From contig CAZCME010000009.1 of NCBI GenBank assembly GCA_964499705.1, positions 2,001 to 66,000 on the forward strand: a stretch of DNA of 64,000 nt, in the 5' to 3' direction. Of the stretch, positions 1 through 9,792 are shown piece by piece; within the stretch, counting starts at the first letter, position 1, and each line of letters starts with the position of its first letter. A model generated the notes under the pieces. The model did not search any database and was not told where the DNA came from. It saw only the letters and a list, made by a program, of their open reading frames with translations. The position numbers and the translations under genes are program-made. The DNA is from an uncultured bacterium (GTDB lineage Bacteria > UBA8481).

Positions 1-912
1 GATGAGCCGGTCGAAGATGGATTCCCATGCCTTGTTTCTGGCGAAATTATCGTCCGTGATGAAGAACCTGTGTATGCCCTGGGCGAAGTTGAGACGAAGA
101 AGGCATTCGATGTCGTCCGCTGAACGATAGCGAGAGGCGCGACCCTGCACGTTGATGATCGTGCAGAAGGAGCACTGGAACGGGCAGCCGCGGCCGGCGT
201 CGAAGCTGGCACCCATGCCTAATGTGCGCTCCACATATTTCTTAGGAAGAAACGGTGCGGGCGTGCCGGCGATGGACGGCAGATCGTCCATGAAGTTGTA
301 GAGGGGCGCGAGTCTGCCCTCCGCGGCATCGCTAAGCAGCAGTTCCAACCGCCCCTCGGCTTCTCCGGCGAAGATCGTGATGCCCATGTCGCGGCAGGCA
401 TCCAGCTCGACGGCCCGGCCGTCCAGCATCGAGAGGCACCCCGATACGTGGAATCCACCCAACGCGACTGCGATCCCGGCCTTGCGGAACGGCGCGGCGA
501 TGTCGAGGGCGCGGGGATACTGGTTCGACTGAACGCCGACAAGTCCGACGAGACCGAAATTCTCCGCCGATCGGAATCGCGCGATGAGAGCCGAGACATC
601 GACTCGAGTATTGGTCTCGTCGATCACTTCGATATCGATCGCGATGCGCGGTCCGAGAACGCGCCGTTCAGCGCAATCGACCGAGATGCCATATAGAGCA
701 GCCAGCGAATTCGAGGGGATCATCGCCCGCCACCATCGGATCACGTATCCGTCGTCGTCGTAATGCGAGGGCTTGATGAGGACGAGCAGAAACCGGCGTA
801 CGGGCGTTTCCTTGCCTTCCCGGACAAGACTGTCCGTGGTGCCCGCGGCACTTCCAAGAGGCGAGGATTCTCCGGGACCTAACGATGAAACGTGACGGTC
901 GGATGAATTCAA
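1..912 (-). CDS. B12-binding-domain radical SAM protein (3' end runs off window)
   Basis: Hand translation from TTG at 912 (AGGA upstream): FLLVLIKPSHYDDDGYVIRWW...VGVQSNQYPRALD...GGFHVS...SFDAGRGCPFQCSFC (CxxxCxxC)...FFITDDNF. Not in the ORF track because it is truncated by the edge. Confidence 0.85.
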   Translation of the reverse strand, partial: MNSSDRHVSSLGPGESSPLGSAAGTTDSLVREGKETPVRRFLLVLIKPSHYDDDGYVIRWWRAMIPSNSLAALYGISVDCAERRVLGPRIAIDIEVIDETNTRVDVSALIARFRSAENFGLVGLVGVQSNQYPRALDIAAPFRKAGIAVALGGFHVSGCLSMLDGRAVELDACRDMGITIFAGEAEGRLELLLSDAAEGRLAPLYNFMDDLPSIAGTPAPFLPKKYVERTLGMGASFDAGRGCPFQCSFCTIINVQGRASRYRSADDIECLLRLNFAQGIHRFFITDDNFARNKAWESIFDRLI

Positions 913-1050
913 CGTGTCCTTTCTGAAAAATGCATCCGGAGGAACTCAGAGGCGCGAGCCGGCTGTTTGTTTCGTTTTTCCGGCTCGTGAGGAGTATATC
1001 ACATCAGGCTCCTATGGCACAGACTCCCCGATGACCTGTCCGCTCGAAGA

Positions 1051-2127
1051 TCAGCGTCCCCGGAAATCCGGTATGTCGAATTCCAAATCCGTCTCCTCAT
1101 CGCGCCATGTAAAAATCGGAATGTCGTTCGGATCGGAAAGTTTCCGGATCGGAGAGGCCTGCCAGGCGGCCACGAAGCCCGGTATGCCTTTCAGGATCCC
1201 GATCAGGTCGCGCGCGTGCACTTCGGAGACGCCGCAACCCGGAGTGTTGAAGGCGAAGAGAGCCGGATAGGCTTTTTTACCGGCGATCTCCCAGCTTTTC
1301 CGATGGATCTCCTCGATCATGCGCCGGGGATTCTTCGAACGAGCGTCAAACAGGCAGGCGATCAGTTCTCCCTTTAAATCCCGCAGGCAACTCTCGTCCG
1401 CGTCCAGTATCGCCGCGAAGTCGCCCAGTTCTTCGAGCAGATTGAGGCCGAACACCTCGCCTTCGTGTCCCAGCACGCTGACGAGCCAGAATCTTTCGTC
1501 CGGAAAGTTGACCTCCAGGAGATCGGCATTCAGAAGGTGAGTCCAGGGTCTGGCCCGGTAAAACGCCGCCGCGGCATGAAAGAATTCCGCAACCAAGGCT
1601 TCATCCAGATTCCATCCCGACCAGGTTTCCACCGAGCCCAGTATCAAACCGTTTCTTCGTCCCTGCATGGAATAGATCATGCCTCGAGCGGCCTCGCGCA
1701 TCGCGGGAATTTTGTCGACCTGCCGGACGCTGATTCCTGAAGGGGACAGGAGCTCTTGTAACGCGATTGCCACTCCTGGATGCCGGAGCTCCACGATTTC
1801 CGGAAGCCGGCCGGAGTTTCCTGCGACTTTACGAATGGCCGCCTCGAGCACACCGGCGGCTCCGTCAGGATCGGCCGGCGGACAATTCACGAGATCGGTC
1901 GGCAGAAGGTATCCTCCCGCCATGATGAAGGGCACCACAAGACGGGCATCAGGTTGCGTCTCGACGTTGCCGGGAAACGGTATGAGCTCGACCTGCCAGA
2001 TCGGCGCGGACTTATTTCGTATCTCGCTGCCTATGCCAGGCGGCGGTTCGCTCTTCGAGAGGCAGCAATGCTTGTATTTCCTGCCCGAGCCGCAGGGGCA
2101 CGGATCGTTCCGTCCGGGACCGCTCAT
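1051..2127 (-). CDS. SEC-C motif-containing hypothetical protein
   Basis: N-terminal GRNDPCPCGSGRKYKHCC SEC-C zinc motif; remainder has no function I can assign. Confidence 0.8.
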   Translation of the reverse strand: MSGPGRNDPCPCGSGRKYKHCCLSKSEPPPGIGSEIRNKSAPIWQVELIPFPGNVETQPDARLVVPFIMAGGYLLPTDLVNCPPADPDGAAGVLEAAIRKVAGNSGRLPEIVELRHPGVAIALQELLSPSGISVRQVDKIPAMREAARGMIYSMQGRRNGLILGSVETWSGWNLDEALVAEFFHAAAAFYRARPWTHLLNADLLEVNFPDERFWLVSVLGHEGEVFGLNLLEELGDFAAILDADESCLRDLKGELIACLFDARSKNPRRMIEEIHRKSWEIAGKKAYPALFAFNTPGCGVSEVHARDLIGILKGIPGFVAAWQASPIRKLSDPNDIPIFTWRDEETDLEFDIPDFRGR

Positions 2128-2203
2128 GGGGAATTATAGGCATATTCCCCGCGCGTCAAAAAGATAAGTCATTCATGCGGAGAAATACCGGTCGCCGCGG
2201 TAC

Positions 2204-2220
2204 CTGACAAAAGTCTTACA
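2204..2220 (+). promoter_or_regulatory. Putative OmpR/PhoB-type direct-repeat binding site
   Basis: CTGACA-N5-CTTACA (11-bp period) upstream of the VWA-HK-RR unit; CATAAT at 2253-2258. Confidence 0.3.
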
Positions 2221-2313
2221 ATTTCCTTCCCTCCGCCTGACCACTTGCCTCTCATAATCGCCGAGAATTCGGATGATCGGCGATGGCCGAGATCCTATAG
2301 TGGAGGCGGACGA

Positions 2314-3657
2314 ATGAAGATGCGGAACTGGTCGGGAAGAAGTTGGAGGAAGGGGATCATCGCGGGCGCGGTGATCATGGCCGCGGCGTTGTCGGTGTCG
2401 GCGGCGCAGGTGGAGCTCTCGGTCAAGGCCGGAGAACCGGTCATGATCGCGGGAAAGAGAAACACGGCGTTTATCAAGGTCAGTCTCGAAGGCAAGCCTC
2501 TGCCGAGCGGAACGCGGCGGACTCCCGCGAACATCGCGATCGTCATCGACAAGTCGGGATCGATGAGCGGCGACAAGATCGCCGAAGCCCGGCGCGCGGC
2601 ATGGCTCGCGGTGCAGCGACTCTCCGGCGACGACATCGTCTCCGTGCTCGCCTACGACAATACCGTCACCGTTCTCGTGCCCGCGACGCGCGTCTCGGAC
2701 CGCGATGCGATTCGCGAAGGAATCGATGCGATAACGGCGGACGGTTCCACGGCTCTCTTCGCCGGAGTCTCCAAGGGCGCAGAGGAATGCCGCAAGTTTC
2801 TCGACGGCAATCGCGTCAACCGGGTGATCCTCCTGTCCGACGGCCAGGCCAATGTCGGCCCCAGTTCTCCGCTGGAGCTCGGCCGGCTCGGCGCGTCCCT
2901 CGCCCGCGAAGGGCTCTCCGTCACGACCATCGGCCTCGGACTCGGGTACAACGAGGATCTCATGACGGAGCTGGCGTTGAAGAGCGACGGCAACCATGCG
3001 TTCGTCGAGAACGCGGACCAGCTGGCGAAGATCTTCGACGCCGAGCTCGGAGATGTGCTCTCCGTTGTGGCGCAGGACGTGCGCGTGACGATCGAGTGCG
3101 CGACGGGAGTCAAGCCGTTGCGTGTCCTGGGCAGGAGCGCGGAGATCACCGGGAGGAAAGTCAGCCTGAACATGAACCAGGTCATTGCCGGAAACGAGAA
3201 GTACGTGCTCCTGGAGGTCGAGGTGCCCTCCGGAGCGGCCGGCAGCGCCCGGTCGCTGGCCTCGGTGAATGTCTCGTACGATGATATGTCGTCGCGCTCA
3301 CGGGAGCATGCGACGGGGCAGCTGGCGATCCGGTTCAGCGGATCCCGCGGCGAGATCGAGGCGAACCGCGACAGGAACGTGATGGTCTCGGCGACGCAGC
3401 AGATCCATGCGGAGAAGACCCGCGAAGCCGTGAAGCTTCGTGACGAAGGCAGGATCGCAGCGGCGCAGAAGCTGATGATGGAGCAGGCCGCGGTGATGGA
3501 TTCCGCCGCCGTCGCGTATGCGGCGCCGGAACTGGCGACCGAGGCGGCGAATGCGCGTACCGGAGCGGCGACGATCAAGGATGACGAGCAATGGAACCAG
3601 CAGCGGAAGGGAATGCGCGAGAGCGAGCACAAGACGCGGGAACAGCAGAGTTATTGA
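2314..3657 (+). CDS. Secreted VWA-domain protein (YfbK/Ca-activated chloride channel-like)
   Basis: MIDAS DKSGSMS, T in GSTAL, LLSDGQAN; signal peptide; GGAGG at 2302-2306 supports ATG 2314. Confidence 0.85.
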   Translation: MKMRNWSGRSWRKGIIAGAVIMAAALSVSAAQVELSVKAGEPVMIAGKRNTAFIKVSLEGKPLPSGTRRTPANIAIVIDKSGSMSGDKIAEARRAAWLAVQRLSGDDIVSVLAYDNTVTVLVPATRVSDRDAIREGIDAITADGSTALFAGVSKGAEECRKFLDGNRVNRVILLSDGQANVGPSSPLELGRLGASLAREGLSVTTIGLGLGYNEDLMTELALKSDGNHAFVENADQLAKIFDAELGDVLSVVAQDVRVTIECATGVKPLRVLGRSAEITGRKVSLNMNQVIAGNEKYVLLEVEVPSGAAGSARSLASVNVSYDDMSSRSREHATGQLAIRFSGSRGEIEANRDRNVMVSATQQIHAEKTREAVKLRDEGRIAAAQKLMMEQAAVMDSAAVAYAAPELATEAANARTGAATIKDDEQWNQQRKGMRESEHKTREQQSY

Positions 3658-3762
3658 TCGGATGAATGAAGTCCGTCGCGGCGCCGGTCGAGGGAGCCCG
3701 GCTGCGGGAGGAGGCCGGCGGGAGCGATCCCGCCGGTCATTCCGCGTGCTGAGGCGGATCGG

Positions 3763-5373
3763 ATGAAGATCCGTCTCGCCGCGCTCGTTATCATGATCGC
3801 TCTTTTGCCGGTTGCCGTCTCCGTCTGGCTCGGCGTTCGCATGGCTCGCGACGAGGAGAGCTCGGTTCGAAGCCGGCTGCGGGAGTTGTTCGAACAGTCC
3901 CTGGCCGACATCGACGGCGGCGTGGCGCGATACCGCGAATCGCTGGAGCGCGAGCTCAGCATGATCGATCGCGACCTTCCGTCCGATGCGGACGGCATCC
4001 GCGAGGTATTGCGGAAGCGCGCCCGGCTCCGGCACATCTTCGTGCTCGATACGCAGGGCGCGCTCGCTTTTCCCGATCCGCGATCCGAGGTGTCGATGCA
4101 TGAGCAGGAATTTCTCGACAGGACGAAGATGATCTGGGCGGACCGGAGGCTCTTCTTCGAGAGCGCTTCCGATGACCGGGAAGCGCGCGTTCCGCAGGCG
4201 GGCGCGAAATCCGAGTTTCGCACGGCGGGCGAGCGATTCGGGTGGTACACGTGGTATTGGGAGGACGGGCTGAATCTGCTGTTCTGGAAACGACGGGCGG
4301 ACGGCGGCGTTGTGGGCGCGGAGCTCGATCGCGTCCGGCTCATGTCCGATATCGTGGGGCTCCTGCCCGCGACTTCTCCGGGCGCATCGGGCGAACGCGG
4401 AGCGCGGATCCGGCTGCTGGATGACAGGGAACGCATCCTGTACGAGTGGGGAGATCATGAACCGGACACGGCCGCTCGCGCTGATGCCGCGCGGCTGTTG
4501 TCGCCGCCCTTTCACGCATGGAGACTCGAGTATTACGCCTCCCCGGCCGACCGCGAAACGCGCGCCGGATCGAGCGTCATCTTCAACCTTGCGGCGGGAG
4601 GCGCGCTGCTGGTCGTCGTCGTCGGGACGCTTATCTTCGTGCTGCTTCGAGAAAGCGGACGGGAGTTCCGCGAGGCCGCCCAACGGATCAGCTTCGTCAA
4701 CGGCGTCTCGCACGAGCTGAAGACGCCGCTCACGAACATCCGGATGTACGCGGAGCTTCTCGAAGAGCGGCTCTTCGACGCGGATCCGGAGGCGCGCCGC
4801 TGGCTTGGCGTGATCGGCGAAGAAAGCCGGCGCCTCTCCCGGCTTGTCGCGAATGTTCTCTCCTTCGCGAGGCGGGATCGCGGCGAGTTGCGGCCCGGCC
4901 CGCGTCCCGTCATTCCGGACGAAACCATCGCCGGCGTGCTCCGGAATTTCGCTCCGGCGCTGGAGGACGCGGGGATCCGCGCGGAGACGACTCTCGGCTG
5001 CGGCAGCGTGCGCCGCCTCGATCCGGATTTTCTGGAACAGATTCTCGGTAACCTCATCAGTAATGTCGAGAAATACGCGGCGAACGGAGGAGTCCTCAGG
5101 ATCAGCTCACGCGAACAGGAAAATGACATCGTTGTGACGGTCGAGGATGAAGGCTCCGGAATTCCGGCGGTGGAATCGGCACGTCTCTTCCAACCGTTTC
5201 ATCAGGCTGATGATAAGGTGGCGAGACGTGGAGCGGGGACCGGTTTGGGACTAAGCATCTCGCGCGATCTTGCGCGTTCGCACGGCGGCGACCTGACGAT
5301 GGAACCCGGCGGTGGAGGTCGCGGTGCGCGTTTTGTTGTGAGCCTGAAAGCGCCGAAGGAAAGGGCATCATGA
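3763..5373 (+). CDS. Membrane sensor histidine kinase
   Basis: Two TM segments, H-box SHELKTPLTNI, N-box NLISNVEKY, G boxes DEGSGI and GTGLGL. Confidence 0.92.
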   Translation: MKIRLAALVIMIALLPVAVSVWLGVRMARDEESSVRSRLRELFEQSLADIDGGVARYRESLERELSMIDRDLPSDADGIREVLRKRARLRHIFVLDTQGALAFPDPRSEVSMHEQEFLDRTKMIWADRRLFFESASDDREARVPQAGAKSEFRTAGERFGWYTWYWEDGLNLLFWKRRADGGVVGAELDRVRLMSDIVGLLPATSPGASGERGARIRLLDDRERILYEWGDHEPDTAARADAARLLSPPFHAWRLEYYASPADRETRAGSSVIFNLAAGGALLVVVVGTLIFVLLRESGREFREAAQRISFVNGVSHELKTPLTNIRMYAELLEERLFDADPEARRWLGVIGEESRRLSRLVANVLSFARRDRGELRPGPRPVIPDETIAGVLRNFAPALEDAGIRAETTLGCGSVRRLDPDFLEQILGNLISNVEKYAANGGVLRISSREQENDIVVTVEDEGSGIPAVESARLFQPFHQADDKVARRGAGTGLGLSISRDLARSHGGDLTMEPGGGGRGARFVVSLKAPKERAS

Positions 5374-6065
5374 AAGTTCTGGTGGCGGAAGACGATAGGA
5401 ATATCCGGGAAGGTCTGCGGCAGATTCTCCGGGCGGAAGGCTACGACGTCGTGCTGGCGGAGGATGGGAAGAAGGCGCTGGAATTGTATGAGAAGGAGCG
5501 TCCCGATTTCGTCCTCCTCGATATCATGATGCCCGGAGAAGACGGATACAGCGTCTGCAGGAAAATCCGCGCCAGGAATTCTCACCTGCCTGTAATTTTC
5601 ATAAGCGCCAAGTCGGAAGAGATCGACAAGGTCGTGGGCCTGGAGCTGGGCGCGGATGACTTTATCACCAAGCCGTTCGGCGTGAAGGAGGTTGCGGCTC
5701 GGATCCGCGCCGTGACGCGCCGCGCGCTTTCCCGCGCCGAAGGGGCGGAAGGAGCAGGCACGTTCCGGATCGGAGACCTGGAGGTTTTATCCAGCGAGCT
5801 CCGAGCGCGCCGCGGAGGAGAAACGATCGACCTCTCGCTGCGTGAGACGAAGTTGCTGAGGCTCTTCGCGGACCACCCGGGCGAGGTTCTGACGCGCGAC
5901 AGGATCTCCGACGAGATCTGGGGCCATGACCACATTCCCAACAGCCGCGCGCTGGACCAGGCGATTTCCCAACTCAGGGCGAAGATCGAAAGCGATCCCG
6001 GAAAGCCCGCGATCATCACCACGGTCCATGCGGCAGGTTACAGGGGCGCCGGCACCGCGAAGTAG
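5370..6065 (+). CDS. OmpR-family response regulator
   Basis: REC (AEDD, LLDIMMP, KPF) plus winged helix; ATGA overlap with the kinase. Confidence 0.95.
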   Translation: MKVLVAEDDRNIREGLRQILRAEGYDVVLAEDGKKALELYEKERPDFVLLDIMMPGEDGYSVCRKIRARNSHLPVIFISAKSEEIDKVVGLELGADDFITKPFGVKEVAARIRAVTRRALSRAEGAEGAGTFRIGDLEVLSSELRARRGGETIDLSLRETKLLRLFADHPGEVLTRDRISDEIWGHDHIPNSRALDQAISQLRAKIESDPGKPAIITTVHAAGYRGAGTAK

Positions 6066-6818
6066 GCAATCTTTCACAGGAATGTCGTTGAGCTTCGGAC
6101 CCGACTCGTCCCGGCGGAACTGATCGAGCTGACCGGGGTCGATCGGCTCGACGCCACCTGTCCCGTTGCCGATCCTCAGGGATTCGCCTTCCCGGAGAAT
6201 CACGTTATCCTGGAGATCCAATCCGCCCGCCTTGATCGATCCGGAGAGCACATAGAAATCCACGGCAGGTTCCGCGGCATCGTCCGTGGGTTGCTGCACG
6301 ACGGAGAGAAAGACCGTGCCGCGCGTTGTGGCGTGGGCGACAGCATTGCCTGCGAGGAGGTCGAATGAGAAGCCCTGTCGGAATCCGCGCAGGGAGGTGT
6401 AGACGCGCCCACTTGTCTGGCTGACCTGGTATCGAAGCGCGTCGCCGGAAATGCGTTCACCCCGGTCGTTCTCCCTGGCGACGACCGCCGCCGTATCGAG
6501 CGAGATGGACGTCGCCTCGGCGAGCTGCATCGTGTTGCGGGGAGATAGTTCAAGCAGCACCATGGCTCCGGTTTCCGTGGCGATTCTTGTGCCCGGGTGG
6601 ATTGTTTCACGTTCGTGAGCGGGACGCCACGCGGTCGCGCCGGGCGTGAGAATCTGAACGCGGCCCCGGAGGCGCGTGATGCGGGCGGGCTGGTTACGGA
6701 TCACTTCGTCGCCATGGGATTCAGTGATCGCGAGGGCGAAAAGGAGGACGAGGAAGAGGAGAGCGCGGTTTCTGCGCGGGGAGGCGCCGAGGATTGAGAA
6801 GAGCGTGAATGTTTTCAT
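5787..6818 (-). CDS. Exported FecR-domain protein (C-terminal ~90 aa overlap the response regulator antisense)
   Basis: Signal peptide, FecR-like GTRIATETGAMVLLEL...RGTVF...VLSGSI. Confidence 0.7.
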   Translation of the reverse strand: MKTFTLFSILGASPRRNRALLFLVLLFALAITESHGDEVIRNQPARITRLRGRVQILTPGATAWRPAHERETIHPGTRIATETGAMVLLELSPRNTMQLAEATSISLDTAAVVARENDRGERISGDALRYQVSQTSGRVYTSLRGFRQGFSFDLLAGNAVAHATTRGTVFLSVVQQPTDDAAEPAVDFYVLSGSIKAGGLDLQDNVILREGESLRIGNGTGGVEPIDPGQLDQFRRDESGPKLNDIPVKDCLLRGAGAPVTCRMDRGDDRGLSGIAFDLRPELGNRLVQRAAVGNVVMAPDLVGDPVARQNLARVVREEPQQLRLTQREVDRFSSAARSELAG

Positions 6819-6845
6819 CGGGCGGTCGCATGGATATCATAGCGC

Positions 6846-9554
6846 GTGATGCTCACTGTCGCCACGCGAAATTCCGCATTAGCCGCATTCCTCCTGACCG
6901 TGATTCTTCTGGCAGCGTCACCGGCAGCGTCTTCGCAGAACGAGTATGAGGCGGCCGTGAACGCCCATCTTCGAGGCGAATACGAAGAAGCGTATCGACT
7001 CTTCACGAATGAACTCTCGCGCTGCCCGGCCACCGTGGAAGCGGATGATACGGAGCTGATCCTCCATGAATGGATCGCCCGGGCGCTTTTCGATTCCGGG
7101 TCGTTCAGGTCCTCGCTTTTCCAACTCGATCGAGGGATCGCGCGCGCCTGCCGGCGCAAATCGGAACGACTGCGCGCTCTCACGGCGAGCCGTGGCGCCC
7201 TGCTGCTCGAACTGGGCATTCACGACGATGCGGTTAGAGACCTGGAGGAAGCCCTCGCGGGCGCGACCACGGGTTCGGAAAAGGCAGAGCTTCATTTCCA
7301 GGCCGGAAGCGCGCATGCGGAAGCAGGCAGGCCGCGTCGCGCGTTGGAGCATTACGAATCCGCACGGCTCATGGCGGCGGGGATGACGGATGCGCGAGAC
7401 TCGCGCTTTCAAGCGCTTGTCGCGAATGACATCGGACTTGCGTTGTACGAGCTCGCGGATTACGTGGCTGCGCGTCGAGAATTGGAGTCGGCGGTGCAGC
7501 TCTTCGGGGCCGACACCTCGGGAGCCTCGACATCGTGGCAGAACCTGGCGCTCGTTTCAGGGGCGGAAGGTGATTACGACCGCGGCATTCGTGAAATAAC
7601 GCAGGCGCTTCTCGGCGCGGATCCCAGGTTATCGATGGATCGGGGAGTCATGTATTTCAATCGCGGGCTCCTGAGAGATCGCGCGGGCGCCGATGCGGCG
7701 GCCGTGGATGATTACAACCGGGCGATCGGGATTTTTCAGCGCGAGGCCGAGCCCGGGTATCCGATCTTCGCCCGCGTGCTCGTCAACCTTGCGGCTGCTC
7801 ATCGCCGCCGCGGCGATTCCACCGCCGCGGACCGCTCCCTGCGGCAGGCGGAGGAAGCGGTTCGGCAGGGCGGATCGCGCTCCGACGAAGCGATGATCCT
7901 GGAGCACCGCGCGCTGGCCCGCGCGGGAGCAAGAGACTTCAGCGGCGCGAAGGTTTGTGTCGATTCCGCCCTGCGGCTCTCGATGGAATCGCTTGGATTT
8001 TCGAATGATCAGACGTTGAACCGGTTCCGCCTCGCAGCCGCGATCGATTCCGAGCTCGGCGAGACGAGCTCCGCGATCCTGAATTTCGATTCGTATGTCA
8101 AAGGCATGGAGGAATTATTCCGCAGGCTTGATTGGAAGAAGGCGCCGATTTATACCGCGTACACGGCATCCGTTCGCGAGTGGTGCGCCTGGCTCCGCGG
8201 GCGTGGTGACGTCGGCATGGAAAAGGCGATGGAATACGAGGAGCGGGTCGCGGGCGTGCGGACGAGGTCGATGGCGCTGGCGGCGGCGGGCCCGGAGGAA
8301 TTGGCGGACTATGCGCGCGTGCAGGAAGCGGAGGCGCGGGCGGCGCGCGTGGCCACGCGGCAGTCGCAGGGAGCATCGGATGCGCGGTCGGTGCGCGAGG
8401 CGCTGAACGAGGCGGCGCAGGCATGGGAAGAATTTCTTCGGAGGCACCGCGGCATCCGCATCCGCGTGCCCGATCTCCGCACGATACGACGCAACCTCGG
8501 CGATACGGAAGCCTTCATCCGCTTCGCCGTGTCGGAATCTTCGACGGTTGCCTACGTCGTGAGCCGCGAAGGGATCCGCATCGGCGAAAACAGGGAACTG
8601 GGCAGACGGGCCTTACGAAGTCGCGTGATCGATTTCGTATCGCGGATGCATGATGTTTCCGTGCCGCCCTCGCCGGAAACATGCGAGGCGCTCTTCGACG
8701 ATCTCTTCGGGGACCTGGCGGAGGAAGTGCGAACCTATCGGCATGTCTTCATTCTCCCCGACGGCATGCTCTATCATCTGCCCTTCGACGCGCTCGATCC
8801 CGGTCGGGATCGCGTGTACCGGCCATGGGTCGCCGACGCGGCGATCGAGATCCTGCCGAACCTCCAGCGCGCGACTCCTCCGCCGGTCGATGCGGAGACG
8901 ACGCTCATCTACGCCGCGCCGACCGGCGCCGGCACGTTTCTCCCCGGCGCCCTGGAAGAAGCCCGCGCGGTTTCCGCGCTGGCTGCGCCCGCGATCGCCC
9001 GCGTCGGCGGCAAGGCGACGGAATCGGGATTCCGAAGCGATCTCTCCTCATCCTGGCGCGCCGTGCACTTCGCCTGTCATGCGACGGCTCGAGGCATTCG
9101 AACCGATGAACTGTCGGACCGCGAGCGTACGATCGACGAGATCATGGTCTCGAACTATCTCTGGCTGGCGCCCACGTTGGGCGATGAAGCGACGAGCAGC
9201 GCGGACGGGAAGCTGACGCTCCGGGAGATTCGGTCTCTCGATCCCGACGTCGCGCCCGATCTTGTCGTTCTCTCCGCATGCCAGACGGCGATGGGGGAGG
9301 CGGAGGAGGGGCTGGAGATTCTTTCCGTCGCCGACGCGTTTCACTCGATCGGAGTGCGCCATCTTATCGCCACCCTGTGGCCGGTCTACGACCGGAGTTC
9401 AAAGCGGCTCTTCACGGAATTCTACCGCATCCGCTCGGAAGGCGTTCCGGACGGGCTGGCCCTGGCGGCCGCGAAAAAGCTGCTCGCCCTGGATCCGGCG
9501 TTCGCACATCCGGTGCATTGGTCAGGAGTCGTTCTCTATCGGCCCGGGTGGTAG
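6846..9554 (+). CDS. TPR-repeat CHAT-domain (caspase-like) protein with signal peptide
   Basis: TPRs; CHAT motifs ILPDGMLYHLPFDAL, HFACHA (His), LVVLSACQTA (Cys), ATLWPV, HPVHWSG. Confidence 0.9.
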   Translation: MMLTVATRNSALAAFLLTVILLAASPAASSQNEYEAAVNAHLRGEYEEAYRLFTNELSRCPATVEADDTELILHEWIARALFDSGSFRSSLFQLDRGIARACRRKSERLRALTASRGALLLELGIHDDAVRDLEEALAGATTGSEKAELHFQAGSAHAEAGRPRRALEHYESARLMAAGMTDARDSRFQALVANDIGLALYELADYVAARRELESAVQLFGADTSGASTSWQNLALVSGAEGDYDRGIREITQALLGADPRLSMDRGVMYFNRGLLRDRAGADAAAVDDYNRAIGIFQREAEPGYPIFARVLVNLAAAHRRRGDSTAADRSLRQAEEAVRQGGSRSDEAMILEHRALARAGARDFSGAKVCVDSALRLSMESLGFSNDQTLNRFRLAAAIDSELGETSSAILNFDSYVKGMEELFRRLDWKKAPIYTAYTASVREWCAWLRGRGDVGMEKAMEYEERVAGVRTRSMALAAAGPEELADYARVQEAEARAARVATRQSQGASDARSVREALNEAAQAWEEFLRRHRGIRIRVPDLRTIRRNLGDTEAFIRFAVSESSTVAYVVSREGIRIGENRELGRRALRSRVIDFVSRMHDVSVPPSPETCEALFDDLFGDLAEEVRTYRHVFILPDGMLYHLPFDALDPGRDRVYRPWVADAAIEILPNLQRATPPPVDAETTLIYAAPTGAGTFLPGALEEARAVSALAAPAIARVGGKATESGFRSDLSSSWRAVHFACHATARGIRTDELSDRERTIDEIMVSNYLWLAPTLGDEATSSADGKLTLREIRSLDPDVAPDLVVLSACQTAMGEAEEGLEILSVADAFHSIGVRHLIATLWPVYDRSSKRLFTEFYRIRSEGVPDGLALAAAKKLLALDPAFAHPVHWSGVVLYRPGW

Positions 9555-9557
9555 GAA

Positions 9558-9576
9558 CTTCAGCGGCCGATGGGAT
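9558..9576 (-). repeat. 19-bp direct repeat of the tRNA-Gly 3' end (att-like)
   Basis: CTTCAGCGGCCGATGGGAT occurs at 9558-9576 and 9658-9676. Confidence 0.8.
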
Positions 9577-9611
9577 GACTTTGCGGATCCAGTCGGACTC
9601 GAATCCCTGGG

Positions 9612-9639
9612 GATGCGCCGCATCCTGCGGCGCGTCTTT
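9612..9639. terminator. GC-rich hairpin between the converging CHAT gene and tRNA
   Basis: GATGCGCCGCA-TCC-TGCGGCGCGTC followed by TTT. Confidence 0.5.
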
Positions 9640-9661
9640 CCGGCCGCTTCCGCTTCGCTTC

Positions 9662-9733
9662 AGCGGCCGATGGGATTCGAACCCACGACGTCCAGCTTGG
9701 GAAGCTAGCATTCTACCACTGAATTACGGCCGC
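9662..9733 (-). tRNA. tRNA-Gly(CCC), CCA not encoded
   Basis: Reverse complement GCGGCCGTAATTCAGTGGTAGAATGCTAGCTTCCCAAGCTGGACGTCGTGGGTTCGAATCCCATCGGCCGCT: cloverleaf, anticodon CCC, GTTCGAATC T-loop. Confidence 0.95.
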
Positions 9734-9792
9734 GAGAGTCAGGAAGAATTCTGTCACATCCCTATATCACTGTCCACGCCGGAATCGGCGCT

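Noticed and set aside
1-912. Naming the radical SAM gene as a hopanoid methylase
   Set aside because: Only the superfamily is supported; gene is truncated and has no hpn context.
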